Numbered from the stretch's first letter, positions 28,190 through 39,975 are shown. The stretch is DNA of 64,000 nucleotides from an uncultured Flavobacterium sp. (GCA_964398425.1 CAYNNB010000002.1:7511-71510); one strand, 5' to 3'. Made by a program: numbers and translations. Notes: generated by a model not told the origin, from the sequence alone.

Positions 28190-29818
28190 TTAACTTAATT
28201 GTGGACCTGCTTTTACCAATGTAGCCCCTTCTTCGTTGTCTGTATATTGAACGAAATTTTTAATAAATCTACCCGCTAAGTCTTCAGCTTTTGTACTCCA
28301 CTCAGAAGCATCAGCATAAGTGTTTCTAGGATCTAAAATGTTTGCGTCTACATTAGGTAATGCGGTAGGCACTGTAAAGTTAAAAACTGGAATTACTTTG
28401 GTTTCTGCTTTTTCAATAGAACCATCTAAGATTGCGTCAATAATAGCGCGAGTGTCTTTAATTGAAATACGTTTTCCTGTTCCATTCCATCCTGTATTCA
28501 CCATATAAGCGGTTGCATTATGTTCTTCCATTTTTTTTACTAATTCTTCTCCATATTTTGTTGGGTGAAGTGATAAAAATGCTTTTCCAAAACAAGCCGA
28601 AAATGTAGGCTCAGGTTGTGTAACTCCTCTTTCTGTACCAGCTAATTTTGCTGTAAATCCAGATAAGAAATAGTATTTAGTTTGTTCTGGTGTTAATTTT
28701 GAAACAGGGGGCATTACACCAAAAGCATCAGCAGTTAAGAAGATTACTTTAGTTGCATGACCTGCTTTAGAAACGGGTTTAACAATATTTTCAATATGAT
28801 AAATCGGATAAGAAACACGTGTGTTTTGTGTAACAGAACCATCTTTGAAATCAATTTTTCCATTAGCATCAACTGTTACGTTTTCTAGCAATGCATCTTT
28901 TTTAATTGCTCCATAGATATCTGGTTCGTTTTCTTTACTTAAATCGATTGTTTTTGCATAACAACCTCCTTCGAAGTTAAATACTCCGTCGTTATCCCAA
29001 CCATGCTCGTCATCACCAATTAACTCACGTTTTGGGTCAGTTGATAATGTCGTTTTCCCTGTTCCAGATAAACCAAAGAAAACTGCAACATCACCATCTT
29101 TACCTTTATTAGCAGAACAATGCATGGAAGCAATTCCTTGTAGTGGTAAGTAGTAATTCATCATGGAGAACAATCCTTTTTTCATTTCTCCACCATACCA
29201 TGTTCCACCTATTAATTGAATTTTCTCAGTTAAATTGAAAGCTACATAAACTTCAGAATTTAATCCATGCGCTTTGTAGTCTTTAAAAGAAGTTTTAGAC
29301 GCATTCATTACAATAAAGTCTGGTTCGCCAAAATTTGCTAATTCTTCAGCAGTAGGGCGAATGAACATATTTGTAACAAAATGAGCTTGCCATGCTACTT
29401 CCATGATGAAACGAACTTTTAATCTTGTATTCTCATTAGCACCACAAAAAGCATCTACTACAAATAATTTTTTTCCAGATAATTGATTAACAGAAGTTTC
29501 TTTTAAGGCATTCCAAGTTTCTGTTGAAATAGGTTTGTTGTCATTTGCTGCTTTGTCAGAGTTCCACCAAATGGTGTTTTCTGTAACACTATCTTTAACA
29601 ATGTATTTGTCTTTAGGGGAACGCCCTGTAAATTCACCTGTCATTACATTAACAGCGCCAAGTTCTGTTAATTGTCCTCTTTCAAAACCTTGTAAATGAT
29701 CATTTAATTCTTCATTATATAGTAAGTCATATGAAGGGTTATAAATGATTTCCTGAACGTCTTTAATACCATATTTTTCTAACGAAATCGTTTTCGTAAA
29801 TTGAGCATGTGTATTCAT
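28190..29818 (-). CDS. pckA: Phosphoenolpyruvate carboxykinase (ATP)
   Basis: [30 protein letters not shown] and NTRVSYP motifs. Confidence 0.98.
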   Translation of the reverse strand: MNTHAQFTKTISLEKYGIKDVQEIIYNPSYDLLYNEELNDHLQGFERGQLTELGAVNVMTGEFTGRSPKDKYIVKDSVTENTIWWNSDKAANDNKPISTETWNALKETSVNQLSGKKLFVVDAFCGANENTRLKVRFIMEVAWQAHFVTNMFIRPTAEELANFGEPDFIVMNASKTSFKDYKAHGLNSEVYVAFNLTEKIQLIGGTWYGGEMKKGLFSMMNYYLPLQGIASMHCSANKGKDGDVAVFFGLSGTGKTTLSTDPKRELIGDDEHGWDNDGVFNFEGGCYAKTIDLSKENEPDIYGAIKKDALLENVTVDANGKIDFKDGSVTQNTRVSYPIYHIENIVKPVSKAGHATKVIFLTADAFGVMPPVSKLTPEQTKYYFLSGFTAKLAGTERGVTQPEPTFSACFGKAFLSLHPTKYGEELVKKMEEHNATAYMVNTGWNGTGKRISIKDTRAIIDAILDGSIEKAETKVIPVFNFTVPTALPNVDANILDPRNTYADASEWSTKAEDLAGRFIKNFVQYTDNEEGATLVKAGPQLS

Positions 29819-29891
29819 AAATAATAAGTTATGTTGCTTTATATTAAAATGCGAAAATAAAAATTAAATTTTAGATATAAGGTGATATTAG

Positions 29892-30275
29892 CTATTTTTT
29901 TGTTAGAAGTTTATATGTAAGCATTCCCCAAGCAGCTATTAAAAATAGCCCACCAATAGGGGTTATTGGGCCTAAAAATTTAGATTTAATGCTAGTAATA
30001 CTAGAAGTAGTCAATAAATAAATAGATCCAGAAAAAAATAAAACACCAATTAAAGTGAAATAAAAGATGATCTCTTTGTCTTTTATAGTTACTAAGCTAG
30101 TTGTGCCGACAAATAATAAGAATAAGGCATGATACATTTGGTATTTTACTCCTGTCTCAAAAGAAGTCAATTGATCAAGGGTTAATACTTTTTTTAAAGC
30201 ATGGGCACCAAAAGCGCCTAAAATAATAGCAAAAAAACCAAAAGTGGCAGCAACTACCAAGATCTTTTTTTCCAT
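29892..30275 (-). CDS. DUF423 family membrane protein
   Basis: GAFGAHAL, FETGVKYQMYHA, FSGSIY and GPITPIGG motifs. Confidence 0.88.
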   Translation of the reverse strand: MEKKILVVAATFGFFAIILGAFGAHALKKVLTLDQLTSFETGVKYQMYHALFLLFVGTTSLVTIKDKEIIFYFTLIGVLFFSGSIYLLTTSSITSIKSKFLGPITPIGGLFLIAAWGMLTYKLLTKK

Positions 30276-30408
30276 TTCTTTCTAAATTTCGGACAAATAT
30301 ATGAAAGTATACTAAAACTTTATCAATAAAATGCAGTTTAACTTTTTAAAAATATAACATTTTATTACCTTCGTGTTATAATTCTATTAAACAAACCAAA
30401 ACAACAGA

Positions 30409-31779
30409 ATGAAAAAAATACTAATTATTGGTGCGGGTCGTTCGGCATCGTCCCTGATAAAATACTTAATTGAAAAATCAACTTCTGAAAATTTACACAT
30501 CACAATTGGAGATTTATCCGAAGAATTAGCTAGAAAAAAGACCAATAACCATTTAAATGCTAGACCGATAGCTTTCGATGTGTTCAATGAAGCGCAAAGG
30601 AAAGAAGAAATTCAGCGAGCAGATTTAGTAATTTCCATGTTGCCTGCTCATTTACATATTGAAGTTGCTAAGGATTGTATTGCTTATAAAAAGCACATGG
30701 TTACTGCTTCCTACATTAGTTCAGCAATGCAAGAATTAGATGAAGTGGCCAAAGCAAATAACCTGATTTTGATGAATGAAATCGGGTTAGACCCAGGTAT
30801 TGATCACATGAGTGCTATGAAAGTAATGGATGAGATTAGAGCAAAAGGAGGACAAATTATTTTATTTGAATCTTTTTGTGGTGGTTTAGTAGCCCCAGAG
30901 AGTGATACTAATTTATGGAATTATAAATTTTCATGGAATCCAAGAAATGTCGTTTTAGCTGGTCAAGGAGGCGCTGCTAAATTTATTCAAGAAGGGAAGT
31001 ACAAATACATTCCGTATAATAAATTATTCAGAAGAACGGAGTTTTTGGAAGTAGAGGGGTACGGTAGATTTGAAGCTTATGCCAACAGAGATTCGTTAAA
31101 ATACAGGAGTATTTATGGTCTTGACGATGCTTTAACATGTTATCGAGGAACTATTAGAAGAGTGGGTTATTCAAGAGCTTGGGATATTTTAGTGCAGTTA
31201 GGAATGACTGATGATACTTATATAGTGGAGAATTCTGAAAACATGACTTATAGAGAATTTACCAATTCTTTTTTGCCTTATCATCCAACAGACACGGTTG
31301 AAATTAAATTAAGACATGCGCAAAAAATAGACCAAGATGATGTTATTTGGGATAAATTAGTGGAATTGGATTTGTTTGATGGAACAAAAAAAGTAGGTTT
31401 AAAAGAGGCTACTCCTGCTCAAATTTTAGAAAAAATATTAGCAGAAAAATGGGCTTTGCAACCTCAAGATAAAGATATGATTGTAATGTATCATAAGTTC
31501 GGTTACATTCTGAATGGAGAGAAAAAGCAAATAGATTCAACCATGGTTTGTATTGGAGATGATCAAACCTATACAGCAATGGCTAAAACTGTAGGTTTAC
31601 CCGTTGCTATTGCCGCATTAAAAATATTAAAAGGTGAAATAACAACTCCAGGAGTTCAACTTCCAATTTCAAAAGAAGTTTATGAACCTATTTTGAAAGA
31701 ATTAGAAGACTATGGTGTTATTTTTAAAGAAATAGAGGTGCCTTATTTAGGTTATAACCATCTAAATATTACTAATTAA
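30409..31779 (+). CDS. Saccharopine dehydrogenase family protein
   Basis: IIGAGRSA, NEIGLDPGIDHM, YKFSWNPRNV and MAKTVGLP motifs. Confidence 0.9.
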   Translation: MKKILIIGAGRSASSLIKYLIEKSTSENLHITIGDLSEELARKKTNNHLNARPIAFDVFNEAQRKEEIQRADLVISMLPAHLHIEVAKDCIAYKKHMVTASYISSAMQELDEVAKANNLILMNEIGLDPGIDHMSAMKVMDEIRAKGGQIILFESFCGGLVAPESDTNLWNYKFSWNPRNVVLAGQGGAAKFIQEGKYKYIPYNKLFRRTEFLEVEGYGRFEAYANRDSLKYRSIYGLDDALTCYRGTIRRVGYSRAWDILVQLGMTDDTYIVENSENMTYREFTNSFLPYHPTDTVEIKLRHAQKIDQDDVIWDKLVELDLFDGTKKVGLKEATPAQILEKILAEKWALQPQDKDMIVMYHKFGYILNGEKKQIDSTMVCIGDDQTYTAMAKTVGLPVAIAALKILKGEITTPGVQLPISKEVYEPILKELEDYGVIFKEIEVPYLGYNHLNITN

Positions 31780-31798
31780 GATAAAGCTTTTGCTCTTG

Positions 31799-31832
31799 AA
31801 TCCTTTTCGAAAACAATTGAAAAGGATTTTTT
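31799..31832 (+). terminator. Intrinsic terminator after saccharopine dehydrogenase
   Basis: AATCCTTTTC ... GAAAAGGATT followed by a T-run. Confidence 0.7.
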
Positions 31833-31880
31833 TATTTCTAATTGTAACTAATTTTATATCTTTAATTAAAAATTGTTAAC

Positions 31881-32351
31881 ATGAAATTAAATCATTTACA
31901 AATAGAAATTGACGGAATAGATAAAGAGATTCTGCGAGATTTGATGGAAGATGCAAGAAAGCCTATTTTACAAATTGCAAATAAGATAGGGATTTCAGGA
32001 GCAGCTATTCACCAACGACTAAAAAAACTAGAGCAAGCAGGAGTAATTTCAGGGTCTAAGTACGTGGTAGACAACAAAGTATTAGGTTATAAAACTATGG
32101 CTTTTGTTGGGATTTATTTGGAAAAAGCTTCAAGTAATCCTGAAGTTGTAAGAGAGTTAAAAAAAATTCCTGAGGTATTAGAAGCACATTATACTACGGG
32201 TAATTGGAGCATTCTAACTAAAATTATTTGTCAAGATAATGAACATTTGATGAATTTATTAAACAAAAAAATTCAGATAATAAAAGGAGTCTCAAGGACA
32301 GAAACATTTATTTCGTTAGAACAGCAAATAGAAAGACAAATTCAACTCTAA
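31881..32351 (+). CDS. Lrp/AsnC family transcriptional regulator
   Basis: DGIDKEIL...DARKP...IGISGAAIHQRLKKLE HTH and a C-terminal RAM domain (EAHYTTGNW). Confidence 0.92.
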   Translation: MKLNHLQIEIDGIDKEILRDLMEDARKPILQIANKIGISGAAIHQRLKKLEQAGVISGSKYVVDNKVLGYKTMAFVGIYLEKASSNPEVVRELKKIPEVLEAHYTTGNWSILTKIICQDNEHLMNLLNKKIQIIKGVSRTETFISLEQQIERQIQL

Positions 32352-32425
32352 AATTAGATTTAAAGAAAAACAATCCAAAATACTTTTAAATATTTGGATT
32401 GTTAAATGTTTTTAAAAATGAGAAA

Positions 32426-33124
32426 TTATTCTCTTCTGCCAAAAACTTGTAAAGCCCAATATAACATAGATGCTACGGCTCCAATTGCAGCTACTAAATA
32501 AGTACGAGCGGCCCATTTTAAAGAATCTTCAGCACCAGCATATTCTTGCTGAGAAACCATGTTTTTATTTTTTAACCAAGCTAGTGCTCGATTACTAGCA
32601 TCATATTCTACAGGTAAGGTAATTAATGAAAATGCAGTTGCAATTCCCATTAATATCAAGCCAATAACCGCAACAATGTATCCAATTGACAAGCCTTTAG
32701 AAGCGATTCCTAAGATTAACCCACCTATAATTAACCATTGTGATAAAGAAGAAGAAACATTAACTATAGGCACCATTTGCGAACGCATTGTTAGCCAACT
32801 GTAGGCTGTAGCATGTTGAACCGCATGACCACATTCGTGCGCAGCTACAGCAGCAGCAGCAGCATTTCTTTGATTGTATACCGCTTCGGATAAATTAACC
32901 GTTTTATCCACTGGGTTGTAATGATCAGTTAAACGTCCGGGTGTTGAAATAACTTTAACATCATAAATTCCATGATCGCGAAGCATTTGTTCTGCAATTT
33001 CAGCTCCACTCATACCATTCCTTAAATGAATTTTAGAATAATAATCAAACTTACTTTGTAAACGGTTACTAACTAGCCAACTTACTAAAGCAATTCCTGC
33101 TATTAAGATATAATATCCAAACAT
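32426..33124 (-). CDS. Putative neutral zinc metallopeptidase (YugP/Zn_peptidase_2-like), membrane-bound
   Basis: LTDHYNP, VAAHECGHAVQH (HExxH), ITLPVEYDAS and WAARTY motifs. Confidence 0.88.
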   Translation of the reverse strand: MFGYYILIAGIALVSWLVSNRLQSKFDYYSKIHLRNGMSGAEIAEQMLRDHGIYDVKVISTPGRLTDHYNPVDKTVNLSEAVYNQRNAAAAAVAAHECGHAVQHATAYSWLTMRSQMVPIVNVSSSLSQWLIIGGLILGIASKGLSIGYIVAVIGLILMGIATAFSLITLPVEYDASNRALAWLKNKNMVSQQEYAGAEDSLKWAARTYLVAAIGAVASMLYWALQVFGRRE

Positions 33125-33155
33125 ATTTTTCTAATTTTAGATTTCAAAAATTACA

Positions 33156-33170
33156 GCAATTTTTAAGCCA
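33156..33170 (-). promoter_or_regulatory. Sigma-54-type -24/-12 promoter for the zinc metallopeptidase
   Basis: Minus strand TGGC-TTAAAAA-TTGC, exact GG-N10-GC spacing, about 32 bp upstream of the ATG. Confidence 0.5.
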
Positions 33171-33181
33171 ATTTAAAAAAA

Positions 33182-33194
33182 TGACAACTTGTCA
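33182..33194. promoter_or_regulatory. Palindromic operator candidate TGACA-N3-TGTCA
   Basis: TGACA-ACT-TGTCA, 11 bp upstream of the -24 element. Confidence 0.4.
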
Positions 33195-33345
33195 AGATTC
33201 TTTTTTTTAAAATAATGAAACATAACTTCTGTCATAAAATTGCTAATTTCTTAAAAATTAAACAACATAGACTTTGAATTATCAATGATTAACAAATTAA
33301 GGTTTAAAAATTTGTTATATTCTTCGTGAGTTGTGTTTTAAAATG

Positions 33346-33353
33346 TATATTTG
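33346..33353 (+). promoter_or_regulatory. -7 promoter element for gdhA
   Basis: TATATTTG followed by CC, 33 bp before the ATG. Confidence 0.6.
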
Positions 33354-33365
33354 CCTCGTAGATAA

Positions 33366-34730
<1,365 letters not shown>

Positions 34731-34752
34731 TTACAAATTGTTATATAAAAGT

Positions 34753-34784
34753 AAAGCAGTTTTCTATTGAAAACTGCTTTTTTT
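34753..34784 (+). terminator. Intrinsic terminator after gdhA
   Basis: AAAGCAGTTTTC-tatt-GAAAACTGCTTT plus a T-tail. Confidence 0.85.
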
Positions 34785-34795
34785 GTTTCTTGTTA

Positions 34796-35440
34796 TTAAG
34801 CTTCGCCTTCCCATTCAGCATAGAATTGTGCTAAAAAACGTTCCATGAAAGCATGCCTATTAGCCGCTATTTTTTTTGCGGTTTCTGTATTCATTTTGTC
34901 TTTGAGTAATAATAATTTTTCGTAAAAATGATTTATTGTAGGTGCAGTAGAACTTTTGTATTCCTCTTTAGTCATATTCATTTTAGGAGAGATTGAAGGA
35001 TCGTAGAGACTCCTGTTTTTAAAACCACCAAAGTTAAACGTACGAGCTATTCCTATCGCGCCGATGGCATCTAGGCGATCAGCATCTTGAACAATTTCTA
35101 ATTCTTTAGAGTGAAATTTTGACTTGAAGTTTCCTCCTTTAAATGATAGATTTTCGATGATAGCTATCACATGTTCAATTGTGGCTTTATCAAGTTGTTC
35201 TTGCTCTAGAAATTGTCTGGCTATTTTTGGTCCAATTTGTTCATCTCCATTATGAAATTTGCTATCCGCAATATCGTGTAAGAGCGCCCCTAATTTAACA
35301 ACGGTGAGGTTGCAGATTTCGGTTTGTGCAATTAGAAGTGCGTTTTTATACACACGTTCAATATGAAACCAGTCATGACCGCCTTCCGCCTCTTTTAATT
35401 TATTTTTTACAAATACTATTGTGTTATCAATGCTACTCAT
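34796..35440 (-). CDS. HD-domain phosphohydrolase
   Basis: GHDWFHIERV, LLHDIAD, VQDADRLDAIGAIG and HFYEKLL motifs. Confidence 0.88.
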   Translation of the reverse strand: MSSIDNTIVFVKNKLKEAEGGHDWFHIERVYKNALLIAQTEICNLTVVKLGALLHDIADSKFHNGDEQIGPKIARQFLEQEQLDKATIEHVIAIIENLSFKGGNFKSKFHSKELEIVQDADRLDAIGAIGIARTFNFGGFKNRSLYDPSISPKMNMTKEEYKSSTAPTINHFYEKLLLLKDKMNTETAKKIAANRHAFMERFLAQFYAEWEGEA

Positions 35441-35481
35441 AGGAAAAAAAATCCTTTCGTTTTTGAAAGGATTGTCATTTG

Positions 35482-36471
35482 TTATTTAATTAAAGCGGGT
35501 TGTACCCATTTGAAAATATGAGTTTCATCTGGAAGTACTAGTCGCTCTGAAATTTTTTTCATTCTGTCTGGTAATCTCATAATGAAATCTCTAGCTTTTT
35601 CTGCTTCATCTGTAAGACCGTTGATTTTATCAATCTCCCATTTATCAATAAGCTTTTGCATGATTTCTACATAATCCATAGCGGTATATACTCCTAGTTT
35701 TTGAGCTGAAGTAGAGAACTGCTCAAAAGCGGTACTTATTTTTTCCCCTGACTCCCTTAAAAAATGGGCTGGCATGGTGATTTTTAACTTCATCATGTGT
35801 TGAAAAGCCAGCATCATTTCACTTGGATCTACTTTAAAAATTTGATTTACAAATTCACTATAGGCTAAGTGATGGCGCATTTCATCTCCAGCAATTAAAT
35901 TACACATTTTGTGTAATTTTTTATCTCCAAATTTTTTAGCAATTTGTGCTACACGGTTATGTGAGATGTAAGTAGCTAATTCTTGAAAACTTGTATAAAC
36001 AAAATTCTTATAAGGATCTTTCCCTGTACCAATATCAAAACCATCGTTAATCAAGTGGTGTGTTGTTTGTTCAACCTCTTTCATATTTACTCTACCTGAC
36101 AGGTACAAATATTTGTTTAGAACATCACCATGTCGGTTTTCCTCTCCTGTCCAGTGACGTACCCATTTACTCCATCCGTTACGGCCTTCATTGTCTACGC
36201 CTTCTACTTCCATTAACCATGATTCATAAGTTGGTAGTGCCTCTTCAGTAATAGTATCTCCTACAAGGACTACCCAAAAATCATAAGGTAAATCTTTTGC
36301 AATTTCTCTTAATTCTGTTACATCGTCTAAAAAAGTTTCGCTTTCAGAGTGAGGTAATAAATCGGTTGGTTGCCAAATTTTTTCCACTGGAATTAAAAAA
36401 TCGTTCATGAAAGAATCGATCTTTTTTTCTAGCAGTTGCATAACTTCCAACCTTACATTTTTTAATGACAT
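35482..36471 (-). CDS. Soluble acyl-ACP desaturase (diiron)
   Basis: ITEEALPTY, WTGEENRHG, YTSFQELAT and DEMRH: two ExxH/DExRH diiron motifs. Confidence 0.9.
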   Translation of the reverse strand: MSLKNVRLEVMQLLEKKIDSFMNDFLIPVEKIWQPTDLLPHSESETFLDDVTELREIAKDLPYDFWVVLVGDTITEEALPTYESWLMEVEGVDNEGRNGWSKWVRHWTGEENRHGDVLNKYLYLSGRVNMKEVEQTTHHLINDGFDIGTGKDPYKNFVYTSFQELATYISHNRVAQIAKKFGDKKLHKMCNLIAGDEMRHHLAYSEFVNQIFKVDPSEMMLAFQHMMKLKITMPAHFLRESGEKISTAFEQFSTSAQKLGVYTAMDYVEIMQKLIDKWEIDKINGLTDEAEKARDFIMRLPDRMKKISERLVLPDETHIFKWVQPALIK

Positions 36472-36477
36472 GTTTTA

Positions 36478-37209
36478 TTATTTTATATTTTGGGTTATTA
36501 TTTTTTCTGTTTTTTCAATTAGTTCTTCAAAACTATAGTCGGCTCCTTTCAAAGCTGGGTGAATCATGAATTCTAAACGATTACCTAGGCCTAATGGAAA
36601 TTGTCCATATCGTGTCATTTTCCAAGAATTATTTATAGTAACTGGAAGAAAATAAGCATCGGGGGCAAATTTATATAACATTTTTAAACCATTGACTGAA
36701 AATTCTTTTGGTTTGCCATTTTTACTTCTTGTGCCTTCAGGAAAAATGACTACTGAATAATTATTTTCGTTGATGTATTCGGCCACTTTTTTAATAGCAG
36801 GCAAGGCTTGTTTTGGGTCTTTTCTGTCAATTAGTGCAGATCCGCCATGGCGTAAATTATAAGAAACACTTGGTATGCCTTTTCCTAATTCTTTTTTACT
36901 GATGAATTTAGGATGTAATTTTCTTAAAAACCAGATAAAAGGCGGAATGTCATACAGACTTTGGTGGTTAGAGACTATGATTACTGGAACATTGTTAGGA
37001 ATATTTTCAAATCCAGTTATTTTATATGTGGTTCCTAAAATATGTGTAGAACGAACTAAAAACCAGTTGAGCACGGCTACACTAATTCGGTGAGCATTGT
37101 AACCAAAAAGATTGAAAGAAATCCATTGAATCGGATGAAAAATCACTAAACAAAGGCCAAAAACAAAATAAAAAATAACCGATAAAGGATAAGAAAGTAT
37201 TTTTTGCAT
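36478..37209 (-). CDS. Lysophospholipid acyltransferase (PlsC family)
   Basis: SNHQSLYDI and IFPEGTRS motifs. Confidence 0.88.
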   Translation of the reverse strand: MQKILSYPLSVIFYFVFGLCLVIFHPIQWISFNLFGYNAHRISVAVLNWFLVRSTHILGTTYKITGFENIPNNVPVIIVSNHQSLYDIPPFIWFLRKLHPKFISKKELGKGIPSVSYNLRHGGSALIDRKDPKQALPAIKKVAEYINENNYSVVIFPEGTRSKNGKPKEFSVNGLKMLYKFAPDAYFLPVTINNSWKMTRYGQFPLGLGNRLEFMIHPALKGADYSFEELIEKTEKIITQNIK

Positions 37210-37239
37210 GGTAATTTTTTGTCAAAGATATTCCTTAAA

Positions 37240-37275
37240 ACAATAAAAACCATCAAAAAGGATGGTTTTTATTGT
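37240..37275 (-). terminator. Intrinsic terminator after the bacilliredoxin gene
   Basis: ACAATAAAAACCATC-aaaaag-GATGGTTTTTATTGT. Confidence 0.8.
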
Positions 37276-37290
37276 TCAATTGCTGATTTA

Positions 37291-37701
37291 TTAGCAAAAT
37301 TCGTTATATGCATCTTTTAAGTTTTCCGCAATTAAGTCGGCTGGTCTACCTTCGATGTGATGTCTTTCAAGCATATGAACTAATTCACCGTTTCTGAATA
37401 AAGCCATACAAGGAGAAGAAGGAGGAAAAGGGAACATATGTTCTCTCGCTTTATCTACCGCTTCTTTGTCTACTCCTGCAAAAACAGTTACTAATTGTGT
37501 AGGAACTTTAGTATTGTCTAAACTCATTCTTGCTCCTGGGCGTGCGTTTCTTGCGGCACATCCACAAACGGAATTAACCACCACTAGAGTAGTTCCTTCT
37601 TTAGCTAACGCTTGTTCAACTTCTTGTGCATTATATAATTCTTGGAAACCTGCTTCTGATAATTCAGCACGCATTGGTTTTACTAATTCTTCTGGATACA
37701 T
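37291..37701 (-). CDS. BrxA/BrxB (YphP/YqiW) family bacilliredoxin
   Basis: [14 protein letters not shown] (CGC motif), TVFAGVD, PPSSP and ERHHIEG motifs. Confidence 0.9.
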   Translation of the reverse strand: MYPEELVKPMRAELSEAGFQELYNAQEVEQALAKEGTTLVVVNSVCGCAARNARPGARMSLDNTKVPTQLVTVFAGVDKEAVDKAREHMFPFPPSSPCMALFRNGELVHMLERHHIEGRPADLIAENLKDAYNEFC

Positions 37702-37846
37702 ACTAATTTAATTTCAATATTAATGATGTACAAATTTACAAAGAATTCTAGTGTAGACCCAATACAAAATCATAAAGATTTGTTATTGTTTTTATAGAAA
37801 CTTCTTATTGCCAAAAGAACCTAATATCTTTGCTAAAAATATACAT

Positions 37847-38653
37847 ATGAAAAATTGGTTGTTTTTTTTATTTTTTACTTTTTTACTTCAGGCACAAAAT
37901 GAAAAAGAAATAGAGGTTGTTGTGGTAAAAAAAGCCCCTAAAATAGCTACTGTTTTAAAACGGTTAAATAAACAATTGCTGAAAAATGTTGATACTACAA
38001 CTTATGTTTATCAATTAGATCAACTCAATTTTGAAAACACAGATACCATTATTTCTAGAAATGAAAAACAACTTTTGAAGTTTACTGATTTTGCTGGTCA
38101 ATTTTCTAAAAAAAATGAGGTTGAAAACAAAGACAATTGGTTTACTAAGATTAAAGAAACGTTTAAAGATTATTCCGCAAAAGAGTCCCCAATAGGTTGG
38201 ATTTCTGGTTTTCCTGTACGAAAAAACATTACTATAACAGACTTAGATTTTATTCGAACCACTAGAGGTTATGTCTATAAGGTCGAATGGATTAATGATG
38301 AAGATTTACTAATTTCATTTCAATCTGCTAATTTTTACAAAGGTCAATTTGTAGTAGATAGAAATTATAATTTACTTTCTCTGTCTTATGAAGTTCAAGC
38401 ACCATATCCATTTTATTATACTAGTGATCAGAGTGTAGGAAAGTATCATACCTTTACTTCAAGTTGGATTTACCAGCGCGAGAAAGTAGCTATGACTTTT
38501 GCAATAGTTAAAAAGAAAATGGCTTTAGTTTCTTTGTCAATTGAAGAAAAGTTGCGCGATTTTGTTTTTAACAGATACAATAAAGAGGGTGTAACATACA
38601 CCAAGAAGACTAATTTCTCTACTCAAATAGAATTGTTTAGACGTATTGAATAA
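37847..38653 (+). CDS. Hypothetical secreted protein
   Basis: Signal peptide MKNWLFFLFFTFLLQAQ from the ATG at 37847; no catalytic motif recognised. Confidence 0.7.
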   Translation: MKNWLFFLFFTFLLQAQNEKEIEVVVVKKAPKIATVLKRLNKQLLKNVDTTTYVYQLDQLNFENTDTIISRNEKQLLKFTDFAGQFSKKNEVENKDNWFTKIKETFKDYSAKESPIGWISGFPVRKNITITDLDFIRTTRGYVYKVEWINDEDLLISFQSANFYKGQFVVDRNYNLLSLSYEVQAPYPFYYTSDQSVGKYHTFTSSWIYQREKVAMTFAIVKKKMALVSLSIEEKLRDFVFNRYNKEGVTYTKKTNFSTQIELFRRIE

Positions 38654-38751
38654 ATTCTAGGAGCATACATTCTTTTTTCAAAGATTTTTGTCCTGTTTTT
38701 CGTATTACAAGGTAGTTTGCTTTAATCAGGGCTACTCTAGACGTTTTGTTT

Positions 38752-39903
38752 TCATAACCTAAAAACCTTTAAAAATCTATTCCAAAAGGCTTTAATGAAA
38801 ATACCTTTTGGACATTTGTTAATAACTTGTAAGTCTTCCCAAAGAGAAGTTTCTTCATCAAGAAATTTGAAAATGAGAGCTACTTTTCCGTCATGAAACA
38901 AGGCGCTAAAAATTTGGTTTCCAACTTTATTGTTTTGGTGTAAAATATCAATGAGTAATAAATCATAGAACCAGAATTTATTTTTGGTATGAAACTGTCT
39001 AAAATCGGTATTAGTTTTAGTAAATGCACTAAGCTTTTTAGCTCTTTTATAGGCACTTTTAAAGGTGTACCCCGTGCTGGCTTTAGTCCATCCTCCAGCT
39101 GATCCAATATGAATGATATTTGCTGTATTGTGCTTCCAAAAAGGATAACAGGTCATAGGGATATTGCCTTGTTCTTTCTCAAGTATTTCAAAATGTTGTA
39201 CACCTAAGTCATTTAGGTAATGTGTAATGGCTTGCTCATATTCCTCTTTAGGTAGAAGGTCTTTAGAAAATAAGGTATATTCAATAAGTGCTTCATTTTT
39301 TGTGTTAGGCAGAACATACATGAATCGGGTATTACCTTTTTGTTTGATAGAAAAATCCATGAAGGTTGGGCAATTCTCTGTGAATACAGCTTCTTTCGTT
39401 CGCACTACCCATCCTATAAAATGTTGTTGAACTAAGGGGAATTTAGTTTGTGAAGCTACCCAATCGGGGTTGTAGATGCTATTAAAAACGCGATTACAGG
39501 TGTAGAGTTGTGTATTAGTTTTTACTGTGCAATAGGTGCCAAGTTCTGTCACATCAATTACTTTTTGATGGGCAAAGTGAACGTTTGGATGTTGTTTAGC
39601 TAGATTGTAGATGAATTGGTAAAAAGAGCTGCTTCTCAGTTTTTTATAACGGTAAGGATGAAGCAACATTTGTTGTGTATGTGTATTGTCTTTAAACCAT
39701 GCTTTTAGCCAAATTTTCTCTGCTTGTTTGTCAAATAAAGAAGAAGAGTCCCAAAAGCACCAAGTACGGTCGTTAGAGTTTTTTATTTCTTGATCTATGA
39801 TAAGGATAGATGAATCTTTCAAAAAAGGGTCTTCAAGGAAATGGTAAAGAGTGAGCAGAGCAGCTAGTCCGCCTCCTGTGAATATGTAATTATAGTGTTG
39901 CAT
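38752..39903 (-). CDS. Lycopene cyclase family protein (CrtY-like)
   Basis: GGGLAAL FAD motif, NDRTWCFW, MDFS, RFMYVLP, EYTLFS, EQGNIPMT and GWTKASTGY. Confidence 0.82.
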   Translation of the reverse strand: MQHYNYIFTGGGLAALLTLYHFLEDPFLKDSSILIIDQEIKNSNDRTWCFWDSSSLFDKQAEKIWLKAWFKDNTHTQQMLLHPYRYKKLRSSSFYQFIYNLAKQHPNVHFAHQKVIDVTELGTYCTVKTNTQLYTCNRVFNSIYNPDWVASQTKFPLVQQHFIGWVVRTKEAVFTENCPTFMDFSIKQKGNTRFMYVLPNTKNEALIEYTLFSKDLLPKEEYEQAITHYLNDLGVQHFEILEKEQGNIPMTCYPFWKHNTANIIHIGSAGGWTKASTGYTFKSAYKRAKKLSAFTKTNTDFRQFHTKNKFWFYDLLLIDILHQNNKVGNQIFSALFHDGKVALIFKFLDEETSLWEDLQVINKCPKGIFIKAFWNRFLKVFRL

Positions 39904-39975
39904 AGCTTCTTTTTTGGTAAAATTAGCCTTAAATTTATTTATGAAAAAATTAATATATAGAAAATATTTTCTTGT

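Noticed and set aside
37744-38660. AATTCTAG 8-mer on both sides of the 37847..38653 hypothetical gene (possible target-site duplication)
   Set aside because: An AT-rich 8-mer match is expected by chance; there are no terminal inverted repeats or transposase.
38752-39903. Isolated lycopene cyclase as a novel pigment locus
   Set aside because: No other carotenoid genes are in the window, and dispersed crt genes are not unusual.
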